From the human T2T-CHM13v2.0 reference genome, Homo sapiens, in NCBI RefSeq assembly GCF_009914755.1, contig NC_060947.1: a DNA stretch of 64,000 bases; one strand, 5' to 3'. The notes beneath the pieces are model-generated. The model was not told where the DNA came from and made no database searches. It saw nothing but the letters and a program-made list of their open reading frames with translations. Both the position numbers and the translations under genes were made by a program. This document shows, one piece after another, positions 43,261 to 56,482 of the stretch; the stretch's first letter is position 1, and the number at the start of each line of letters is the position of its first letter.

Positions 43261-43855
43261 TTACTGAATTCTCCCACTAAAGTTACCAGGTTCACTTTGT
43301 TAAATATGAATTCATCTAACTGATGGTCAGCTTTTGTATAGAACAGCATTTCTTCCCTGATTTGACTTTTTATTCTGTGCTTTCTTAGCTCTTTGCCTTG
43401 GGGCCCAGACTGCTTCTGCTCTAAAATTAAAGTTGTTACTACATGGCGTGAAACTGCTTTGGCAGTCTGAGGTCCAGCATCTGGCCAAAGAGATCCTGGC
43501 TGCAAGCCTGAATGCTCATATGGAGCTGTACCTGGCAGGAACAGGTGTGATGAGGAGGATCCAGCCCGGGATTCTGAGAGAAAGGCTGGATCTGTTGCAA
43601 TATAGTATTTATGAGAGAGAAGGTAGCCTGATGGGATCCAATGAGAAGAATTGATGAAAGAGCTAGTGAAAAATAACTACCCTCATCTCCATTCAGTTGA
43701 GAGCTAATTCTGAAGTCTTTTCACCCTGGTGGCCTTTTCTGCCAGAAATCAGTGTTATAGCCAGAGGCCCAGAATTTGCAAGTTCCTGAAAAGGGCCTGG
43801 AAAGCTGGAGGAGGAATGGTCATGAGAGAAGATGGGCATCAGCTGGATGTGGGAT

Positions 43856-43928
43856 TTTTTCCCCCAGCTTTATTGAGGTATACTTCAGAAATAAAATATT
43901 GTCTATATCATGGTATACAGTATGATGT

Positions 43929-43965
<37 letters not shown>

Positions 43966-44130
43966 AATGATTCCCACAATCAAGATAATTAACATATCTA
44001 TCACCTTACAGTTACCGTATTTTCTTTTTTTGTGTGTAGTGAGAACATTTAAGATCTACCCTCTTAGCAGATTTCATGTATACAATGCAATATCATTAAC
44101 TATAGTCACCATGCTGTACCTTAGCTCACT
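43856..44130 (-). mobile_element. L1MA-type 3' end with (TA)n
   Basis: 'cagctttattgaggtata...gtgagaacatttaagatctaccctcttagca'. Confidence 0.8.
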
Positions 44131-44287
44131 AGGCATTTGAAATGTTCTGCCTTTAAAATACCTTAACAGTTCATAAACATTGTAACATGTTAGAACTCTT
44201 ATCTATACTTTCTTTGGTGCAATATCATGCTTTAATAAATTCCTAACATGAGTTCTTGAGTGAACTTTCTAATAAGTTAGAACTCTT

Positions 44288-44433
44288 GGCCAGGCATGAT
44301 GGCTCATGTCTGTAATCCCAGCTGTTTGGGAGACTGAGATGGGAGGATTACTTGATGCCAGAAGTTTGAGACCAGTCTGGCCAACACAGCAAGACCCCTA
44401 TCTCTATTAATTTAAAAAAAGAAGGGAAAAAAA
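44288..44433 (+). mobile_element. FLAM/Alu monomer
   Basis: Alu left monomer with A tail; TSD 'tagaactct'. Confidence 0.88.
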
Positions 44434-45113
44434 GTAGAACTCTCCAAGCCATGAAATACCTTGTGAGAACCAGAGACTTTGATATAACAGTCCTAACACA
44501 TTTCAGTACAAGTAACTATCCTCCCATTTCAACTTCCCCCTTATATACATTTGAACTTGCTCATGAACATTAGCATGCTCCTTTTTGAAATCAAATCTAT
44601 TCAACAAACATTCCCTGAGCATCTGCTCTATTGCAAGGCTTGTGCTGAGTGCTGAGCAGGAGATGCAAGTGCCTTAGACAAAATTGAGGTTTTGTATTCA
44701 CTGAATTTTTGCATTCTGTGACAAAAGCATGATCCTGTCCTCATAGAATATATAGTCTACCCTGGCTGCTCTATTGTGCTCTATCATCTCTGGGGGAAAA
44801 AAAAACAGAAAGAACCTCAGTTTGCCATTGATTTCAGCTTATTCCTCAATCAGAACTGTTCATTAGGAACAGTGAAACAATTATTCTACATTCTTATTAA
44901 ATATGCCACTTTCAGATACTCATATGTAAAATGTTAAATTGTTCTGAAGCAAGACAACTGCAGGACCAACACATTGGATCATGTTTTTGATTAACTGTCT
45001 TTTAGTGTTTCTTCAAATTCATTTATCTTTAACTGTTTAATCTAATCCTTGTGTCAGTGTGGGGCAGCAGTGAAGTCAGACTGCCTAAATTTAAGTGCTA
45101 ACCTCTGCACCTC

Positions 45114-45457
45114 TGTTTTAGTCCATTGAGCTGCTAGGACAAAGTACCATAGATTGGGTGGCTTATAAACAACAGAAATTTATTTCTCATGGTTCTGGAG
45201 GCTGGGAAGTCTAAAATCAGGGTGCCAGAATATTGGGTTTCTGGTGAGGGCCCACTTCCTGGTCCTGGTATGGCAGAAGGGGCAAGCAACCTCTCTAAGG
45301 CCTCTTTTATAAGGGTGCTAATTCCATTCCGTGAGGGCAGAGCCCTCATGAAATAATCACCTCCCAAATTTTCTACCTCCTAATGCCATCAGCTTGGGAC
45401 TTAGGATTTCAACATAAGAATGAGGGCAGGAAGGGGGGACAAAAATCAGACTATAGC
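45114..45457 (-). mobile_element. MLT1A/MSTD-like MaLR LTR inserted in a MIR
   Basis: 'tgttttagtccatt...gggtggcttataaacaacagaaatttatttctca...gactatagca'. Confidence 0.85.
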
Positions 45458-46602
45458 AATTCCTAATTGTATGACCTTAGACAGTTAACATTTCTCATAC
45501 TCAGTTTACCTACCCCACAGGGCTGTTGTGAGTTGCAGAGGAGCTAATGTGTGTGTATATATATAAAGCACTTAATACAATATCTGGCACCTATTGCTCA
45601 ATATAAGTCAGCTATTACTGTTAATATGCACTATGAGAATGGAGTTGGTGAATTCCATTAGGCCATAAACAACTCAGAAAGTCAGATAAACCTTAAATGG
45701 TCTGAAATAGAAGTTATAAATACTTATCATTACTATTTGTATTATTCTTAAGTACATTTTATGTATCGATTTCTAAGGCCCTCACAGTCTTATTTTCACT
45801 TGTTTACTACAATATTTGTATGAGATAGGTAGAGTGGAGATTCTGACCTGAGTTAACTGAGGCCTAAAGAGACTAGATGATTTGTTTAGGGTCACACTTG
45901 AAAGCCTAAGTCTCCTAACTCTTAATTTCAAATCCTTCCACTAGATTTTAGATTTGCACTAAAATCTCTTAGTTTTTAGTGCAAATGTTATTGTAATTTA
46001 ATCATCAATAAACTATAATGGAAAAACTTCTTCTGGGTGATAAAATTTTGCCAATAATAATGTTCTTCCTTCTGGTTACATAACGCAAGCTTTTTCTGAA
46101 GCAGTATACAGCTCTGCTGGTCTGAAGTTTCTAATTTAGATTGTTTTTGATTGTATTTATATATTCATTTGTTGTATATATGTATATTTCAGTCACAAAC
46201 TTTATATAGTTCACATAGGCTCATAGTTGGGAGGAGGAAGGGCAGGATGTAGGAAGTCTCAAATAGGAGGAAATTCCTGGAGAAGGTGTAGATAGAGAGA
46301 ATGTTGTATGTAACTCTATTTTGCAGGACCCAGGATAGCTTTTCTTAAATCTGTGAGGGATTATCTTATCTGAGCCATGGAATCAAAAGTATTTGTCATA
46401 GTTTGAAGAGAGGAGGCCTGTATGTGAAAGACAGAAGGAAGAGAAGTTAAAGAGACTGATCTACTTCCCACAGAGCCTTCTTTCCTCCTACTGGGGTCCG
46501 CTTTGACAGAAGAGAGCTTTTATTTCCTTTGCTAAAGTGGGAAAAGGAGGAAGAGGGTCATGGTGGGAGAATGAAAAGGTTGCCTCTGTCTTTGCTGCCT
46601 GA

Positions 46603-46993
<391 letters not shown>

Positions 46994-48198
46994 TATTTTT
47001 AGTGATTTTAAAAAAACTTTAGGTTTTGGGGTTGTTTTGTTGTTGTTTTAACGTAGTCTAGTTTCTGTAGGCTGACTAGTTTCTCAGTTACAGAAGGGGC
47101 TGACTTCTCCAGTGTGCCTGCAAGCAGAAGAATGGGTTGTGCAAGTTTAGGTCTGGATCTGCATAAGGTAGGAGCCATAAGGTAGTACCCAAGTATTCTT
47201 TGGGTACTAGAAAATTTGGAAGTCCACGTAGTTGATGGTTACTCCATTTCGGCCCTTTTACACTAGCGGAGGGTGTTTAGAAAGGCTATATATATATATA
47301 TTATCCTTAGTTTTTAGTTTAAAAGTATCTTTGGAAACTTTACTTTTAACTAATCTGGAATCTACAATGTAAGTCCCACAGTATGCTTGCAGTGCAAATA
47401 GAGCTCCAAAACTAGTCTTTTAGTCTCCTACTTTTTTTCCAACCCAACTTACCTAAGCTCTTCCGATGTGGGAATTCTGGATGCCACCACTGCCTTGTCT
47501 CCTTTTTCTTATGCCACCCAATCCGAACCCTGATGCTAACAGTGCCCAGCTTTAGGTAGAATGTCCAGGGACTTCAAGCTACAGCCCTCTTGAAGGCTTA
47601 GGATTTCATTTTTCAGCTTTGGTAATACAGGAAATTTTCCCTGAGTTTTTTCGACTTTTAAACAAACACTATTTCCCACTATTCAGCTGACCTTTGTGCA
47701 GTGGCTAAGCTCTCCCTTAAGGAAGAGACCATTCCAGGCAGCTGGCCAGGTGTCCAACTATTTGTCTGTGCTCTTGGTTCCTGCATGAAGGGCTCAAAAG
47801 AGAGATGAAAGAGAAAAATGTCCCCAGCCTGAATGGCTTTACCCCATTTCCTCCATTTATACCAGCTCTCCAGAAATTCCCATGGTCTCTTAGGCCTTGG
47901 GATGAGTGTTATTGCTAGCTCCAGAAACATGCTTTTGGTCATCCCTTCCTGCTGCCACTCACTCACCCACCACCTAGGGCCTTTCCCTCTTCTTTTGTAT
48001 GAAGGTGAGAGAAAAAGAGAATATGCCCCACCTCCTCCCCTTTGAGGCTCAAGGAAGCATAAATTCTGGGTTTTAGAGGGCATGTTTCCAAGTGAGGGTG
48101 AGAGTTTGACCTTTTTCATTCTTTCTCAAGTAATCCTGCTAGCTTCTGAGCAGGGTGACTGTAGCATGCCCTGGACCTAAAGAAAACACTAAATTCCG

Positions 48199-48508
<310 letters not shown>

Positions 48509-50044
48509 CTAAATTCAGACACCACACACATAAGGCTTCCTGCCTATGACTGTGAAAGGGATAATCAAGAAAGGAAAAGATAAAGGGCAAAGGAAGGAGA
48601 AAGGATGGAGAGAAGGGCTGGAAAGGAAGAGGTTGGAGAAAGAATAGCCTGCAGTTAGAGAAAAGGGAGAAAAGTGAAGAAAGGGGAGAGGAAAGAGAAC
48701 GTTTCTGAGTGGGCAGGACTGACTTGTCTATTGGCATTATTTATTGCTTTTGGACTTATATCCTGACTCCTTTAGTTTTCACGTGGCTGTAATTTTATCA
48801 GACTGCCCTGAAAGCTCAGTTCTTCTGACCCGGAAATTCTTTTCCCAAAGACAGAGAAGAATTGTGATTTATCTTTTCATGTTTCTGCCTTCTTCAGCTT
48901 TTTCTTTAGCATCCCAGTAGGATGATTCTTGGAGAAAAGCCACATGGCCCATGTTGGCTGAACTTTAGATTCAAATAAAGGCTACTTGCCACAGCCAGGG
49001 CCTGATGGTTTTCATTATTGCCACAGTACCTATGTAAGTTTGATGTGACTTATCATATACTTCAGAAAGTAGTTGATAGTCCTTAGTAACTATGGTCATA
49101 AATAGAAAGGTCCTTATTTGAAGGAAACACTCCTACTTAATCCCAGGAAAAATCATTTCCAACTGTGTGTGTGTCTTTATTGTGCAAACCCTTGCACTTA
49201 GTAGATACTCAATAAACATTTATGGAATCAGTATCTACATCTGCAAAAATTGGGTGATAGTTTTTTCTCTGAACATGTTTTGAGTAAAATTTCATAATTT
49301 TTGTTATCATTAAGGTTGTCATTGCTTGATTATTCTCTACTCCTTATTAACTGAAACGATAATAAAGCCATAAAGGTTTATGAAACACTCACTAGGACAT
49401 TAATAAAATTTGTTTTGTGCCCTGCCTTGTGGTATGGGCTGTGGGAGGGGTGAAAAAGAATACTCAATGACAGTTAATGGTCTATTTGAGGAGGTAAGAC
49501 TGACATATATGAAAAAAACAAAATGTGAACAAATTATACTTGGAAGTCAACATGCCAAAGTGAAAAAGTTTGGGAATGTGCCAAATCTGGATTCCAATCA
49601 TGGCCCCACTACTTATCAGCTGAGTATCTTTGGATGAGTGATTTAACCTTTTTCAGCATCTGTTTATTCCTCTGTCAAAATGATGCTACCATAAAAATGG
49701 GAAATAAATGACATACAATATGCAAAATATATGATACTTGGTATGCATTCAATTATACTGATGATAGTATTAATAATACTGTTCTGATACTTTTGTACAA
49801 ACCTACTTTAAGGAGAGATGAAGGAGTTTTTTCTGCTCTATGATAGTGGAACATTTCTAATGACTTCATGTGTTATTTTTTAATTAAAATATTAAGTACT
49901 TTTAAATAAGGGGGAGAAAAATTGAGGTTTATTATTGAAATTTTTCATTTGAGCTTCCTGCTTTAAGCCCTATTCACATGATAAATTTCTGTGTACCTAT
50001 GCTTTCTTTTTCTTGTAATGTTACTCCCTGGAGTTGAACTTGCT

Positions 50045-50185
50045 TTATATATATATTTCATTTTTAATAGAAACGGGGTTTCACTATATTGCCTAGGCTG
50101 GTCTTGAACTCCTGGGCTCAAGTGATCCTCCTGCCGAGGCCTCCCAAATTGCTGGGACTACAGCTGTGAGCCACCATGCCCAGCC
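50045..50185 (-). mobile_element. FLAM/Alu monomer
   Basis: 'ggtcttgaactcctgggctcaagtgatcctcc...gccaccatgcccagcc'. Confidence 0.85.
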
Positions 50186-50530
50186 TTAACTTGGTTTTAA
50201 GACCTCTGATTTGCCTTGCCTCAATTACCTCCTTTCTTATTTTCTTTCCTTTGTTGACTCTCATACTCTGTTCTCCTAATTCTCCCCCTTTTCCACTCCC
50301 TGCCCACCCTGAAAGACACACACACACACAATAAGTGGGTGGAGTAAGAAGTCAACGGAGTTGGATATAAGCATTCCTGCTTTTCTGACATCTCCAGTGT
50401 CTTGGAGAACAAGGATTCTAGAATGAGGGCTCCTCATTATGCTTCCTTTCAACATTTTTTCTCTGTGTTACTTAAGCTTTCACCCCAAGCATGTTTGACA
50501 GAGAGCCAGTGCATTCCCCTTACTTTTTAC

Positions 50531-50569
50531 AAAAATAAAAAAAGAAAGAAAAAGAAAGAAAGAAAGAAA

Positions 50570-50633
<64 letters not shown>

Positions 50634-50658
50634 AAAGAAAAGAAAAGAAAGAAAGAAA
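50531..50658. repeat. Compound (GAAA)n/(GAAAA)n microsatellite
   Basis: ~125-bp purine tract with a long perfect GAAA run. Confidence 0.97.
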
Positions 50659-51294
50659 GTTACCGATCTTAGTAGACCAAAAAGCTAAACTTATGAAAGT
50701 CTCAATTCTGGGCACAAGCCTGAGATAACCTCTAAACTCTTTAAGGTTGTAATTTATCTAGACATTGGATGAAATAAGAGGACTTGGGCAGAGGGCACTA
50801 ATAGAAGCATAAGAGAAAGTTTGGTTAAAGGAAGGGATTGATAAAAGGGATTATTTCTAAGAAGAGTGGTGAGGTTTCACTCATTAAGGAAGGAAACATT
50901 TTATAAATAAGTTATTAACTTTATAAGTAAGTATAAAGCCTTGTTTCTATATTTATTCTCCATATAATATTTTACAAAAGTGGCATCCAATTTAGCTGAC
51001 CCCTTCTCAGACATTTCTGAAATCTACCTAACTCTAAGATGGGATACTGTGACTATTTCCACAAATAGATGCTGAACTAAAGAATTATTTTTCCAGGGCA
51101 TTAATGACATTTTGGTAGAAAATAGTCTTTGGTCAAATGACATCGTGGGACAGTAATAATAAATTTAATGAAGCATGTCCTATGTGACAGGCACTGGTCC
51201 AGCACTTCACATTTTAAACCATTATGATATACATTTTACAAGTGAGGAGACTGAGGCCAGAAAAGTTAAGTAACTCCCTTCCTGCTAGCTCAGC

Positions 51295-51447
51295 GTACTT
51301 CCTAGGGTTTGGGGAATGATGAGGTGAGAGTATGCATATAAAGCACCCACAGTGCCTGGTACTTATTATTTACAATACATTGTAGTTATTTTTATAATAG
51401 TCATTGATTTTGTTTTTGTGGTTTTGTGATTAATGGTAACTCAGAAA
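51295..51447 (+). repeat. 153-bp direct repeat, copy 1
   Basis: Matches 53206-53358 with 4 substitutions. Confidence 0.95.
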
Positions 51448-53205
51448 TAGGACTTAAAGCAGGAAGCTCAAAACAAATGAAATGTAGGCTTTGCTCTACA
51501 TTTTTGTTTCTCCCTAATGCTTTTTACACTCATGCTATAAAATTACATTTGTTTATTGCTTACATTTCCCCACTAGAATGCAGGCTTAATGAAGGCAGGG
51601 ATGTGTACCTGTTTTGTTCATTGAGGTATCCAAAGTGCCTAAAACAAAGTTTCACATATATTAGAACCTCAGTCAGTTTTTGTTGAGTAAATAAATTGCC
51701 CAAGGTCGTACAACTTGGGAATAACAGAGTCTAGATTTGCATGCAAACAAACTGGCTTCAGTGACCAGTCTCTTAACTGCTAGTCTATACTATGTCTCTA
51801 CCTGAAGTACATGAATCGTTTATCAATTTCTGATGCCATATAAAACATGATGCTTTTCATTCACAGCTGCCTTTATAAACCGTAGGCAATTGTGGCCTAT
51901 AGAGAGAGAAGTCAATGGAGTCTTCTGCATCATTGCCAAGGGATTTTTCTGGGAGAATTTCCAGTCTGTATCAAGTCTCTGTGGGCTCAGTTTAGCCCAG
52001 CTTATGTATACTATGGTCATTCTGGGTAAAGAAGGGTGATGTCATAAAAACTTGTGCATTGTCTTTTAAGTCTTGGCTATGGCTAAACCCAGAGAAAATG
52101 ATTTTTTTTATGTCACTGTGACCTTTTGGTGTTCATTTCTTTCACATTCTCATTCCCATTTCCTGAGTCACAAGAAGAACTCTCTTAATGAAGATCAAAA
52201 GTCAGAGGAAGCTCAATTGTAGATTTCATTCAGAAATGAAAATGCACTACAAAACCTCTTCAGAAGCCTCTTTCTACACTGAGTTGATTTTAGGCTAACA
52301 GTCAAGTGGGCAGGCTTGATTCAGATGACAGCTTAAAGAGCCCTCGTGTCTGAGTCACTTCAGTGTCTGCACCAGTTTTCCAGTTTTTGCCTTCATTACA
52401 TTAGTATGGATTAGGGTATGATCAGCAATACTTTTTCCACCTGCACTTTTAAGAAGTGTAAAACGTGGGTGGTGGTACTTTTAAATTAGAAGAACAGATG
52501 TAGCAGACATGACATCTTTTTCTTTCACTCCTCCATCCTCATAGCCTAGAGACATCAGATGCAATCCTTTCTCATTTGCCTAACCTCTGAAAACAACTTC
52601 TCAGTGTCTTTCTTAGACTAAGGGGTGCCTCTCAGAGGAAGACAGAAACAGCTATTCATATGAAAATGTCTAGAGTCCTGGGGAGTGTAATGTGTCTGTC
52701 CTATACTAAAGATGGAATAGATACCTTGACTTTATTTTTAAAATGGCAACTAGACAAGAGGATTCCATGTGTTCCAATCTACATGTAACAGGGCATGGAT
52801 AATGTAGCCTGCTCCCTCCAACAGGTTATGAGGCCTTCAAGTCACATTTGCATTCCCTATCATTGTCTGGCATCTTTTCTAGTGGTCGGCTATTGTTTCT
52901 TATGAGAAGGTGTTTCCCTGGACTATGGTATCTTTCTGTCTGCATCACTGCCAGTAGTTAGGCCTTAAGTAAGTACCTTTTCTCCTTACAGAATATCCAT
53001 TACTCTAATTGTAAATCTGGAGGAAATATACTGTAACAGGGATAGCTCAAATCTAGTTTATGGGGAAGAGTGTAGAATAGAAATACATAACGGGTTTAGG
53101 GTGTGATATACTCTCTGGCACTTACCAGTGCAGTGTTATTACTTGCATAGGATGCTTAACTTCTCTGAACCTCAGCTATATCATGTGAAAATGGAAAAAT
53201 AATTT

Positions 53206-53358
53206 GTACTTCCTAGGGTTTGGGGAATGATGAGATGAGAGTATGCATATAAAGCACCCACAGTGCCTGGTACTTATTATTTACAATAAATTGTAGTGAT
53301 TTTTATAATAGTCATTGATTTTGTTTTTGTAGTTTTGTGATTAATGGTAACTCAGAAA
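53206..53358 (+). repeat. 153-bp direct repeat, copy 2 (MIR 3' part plus flank)
   Basis: Matches 51295-51447; contiguous with an upstream MIR core. Confidence 0.95.
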
Positions 53359-53499
53359 ACACTAAAATCATGTAGACTTAATATGCTTGTAGGAAAGACA
53401 TGAGAACTGCTTATCTTCATCCATTCATCTTAACTTGTCCCAGTCTTAACCTAGCCAAAGCATGACTCAGCGTTACAATGGCTATCACCAACCTTTTCC

Positions 53500-54615
<1,116 letters not shown>

Positions 54616-54716
54616 TGCTGTGTGTCTCTTATGTTTTAAACACTGTAGCACTACAGATAAAACATGAACTCCAGCCTCCACTACAGATAAAACATGAGCT
54701 CCAGTGCTAAAACATA

Positions 54717-55012
<296 letters not shown>

Positions 55013-55129
55013 CTACTTTAAATGAAGGCTTGTTGGTAATCATTTCACAATGTGTATATATATCAAAATATCATGTTATATACCTTAAAATGTACAATTT
55101 ATTTCAATAAAGATGGAAAATAATTATTT

Positions 55130-55620
55130 CATGGAACCTTGCTAAAGCAAACAATAAATTGAGTATCTACAAAGTGTCTATGTTGGCCCTCCAGAAAGAA
55201 AAAAAACAGATAAGGGCCAACAAAGAAATAATATAACTATACAATTCCCATTATGCTCAACGCTATACTAAAGGTCTTTGCCAGGTACTGATAGATTAGA
55301 ATAGGGAGCTTGATGGCATGAAGGATGACAGTGTCATCAGGAGGGTAATGCTTGAGCTAGAATTTGAGCAGAATTTTGAAGGATGAACATTCAGTAAGCA
55401 ACTGAGGGGTGAAGGGTGGTGGTAAGAGTGGTTCATTGAGAAAGCATTCCAGATGAAGGGAAGAGCAAGTAAAATAACAAGGATATTTAAAAGAGTATAG
55501 CAACAGATGGAGAGAAACTTAGGATAGAGTGAATAGGAAGAGCATGTGAAACATACAAAATTCCATTCACTGGAGAGGAGTTCTGATAGACTGAAAGAAC
55601 TCATGATGGTTTTGAAAATT
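55130..55620 (-). mobile_element. L2 relic
   Basis: 'gcttgagctagaatttgag...aaagcattccagatgaagggaagagcaag'. Confidence 0.6.
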
Positions 55621-56482
55621 ATTTGAATCATATCCTTTAGGCCTGGTTTATGTTCCTGGGGTCAGTTTATCTTCTACTTTAGGTAAGGAACAGAACAATA
55701 ACAAACATACTTTAGTATCAATCCTTAGTTCAGCTCACCAGCTTTGGGTAAAATTGTGAATATATCCTTTCACCAGAGCTTTGGCAGAAAAATCTATTAC
55801 TTAATTACCTTAGAATACCTTTGCTTGTCAACAAGAGACCATTTTATGCCCCAACTCCCAACCTCAATAGAAAAAAAGTAGAAAATAAAGAAGTATGTCC
55901 ATATTTGACATAATATAGGAAGGTTTCTCTTTAAATAAATGGCTTAGCATTTATCTGTTTGACTGTTTACTTCAGAGCTGCTTTTAAAGGTTTTGCACGC
56001 ATCTATAAGTCAGATACTCCCATGTAATGTACCAAATGGGATCAAAACTGAGTCAGTTTTCTAACACTGCATTCAGTCTAGATTAGAAAAAGTTTCTTAA
56101 ATTGGCAAATTAGATCATAAGAACAAAGCAAAACAAACAAACAAACAAAAAACCCACAGTGTAGTTGGTGTGCAAATGTAGCTGATGAGATTTGGATTGA
56201 GTGTCATATTGTGAGGTGTTATGAACTTCTCAAAACATCATTTCTGTGAACACATGAAAATTGAGTGTCTGCAATGTGCAAAAAAGTGTAATCAGGGAGA
56301 GAGAGAGAAAAATTACTAGTCATGTACTTAAAAAATCTTATACCAGGTTACACTTTGGGGTGGGGTAAATGGAGTGCCACTGGTAGAGTTGAGCAGTGTA
56401 GATGATTCACCTTCCTACACCATCTAGATCTAATCAGTTGCAAAATGAAAATGTCTTTAAATCTCTGTTATATCTGAAAAAA

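Noticed and set aside
43197-43962. ORFs of 73-102 aa in unique sequence as host exons
   Set aside because: No recognisable protein similarity, non-ATG starts or run into repeats, no convincing paired splice sites
47679-48119. 146-aa minus-strand ORF
   Set aside because: No recognisable domain; length compatible with chance; cannot be supported without a homology search
50402-50728. Lys/Arg/Glu-rich 108-aa ORF
   Set aside because: Translation of the GAAA microsatellite
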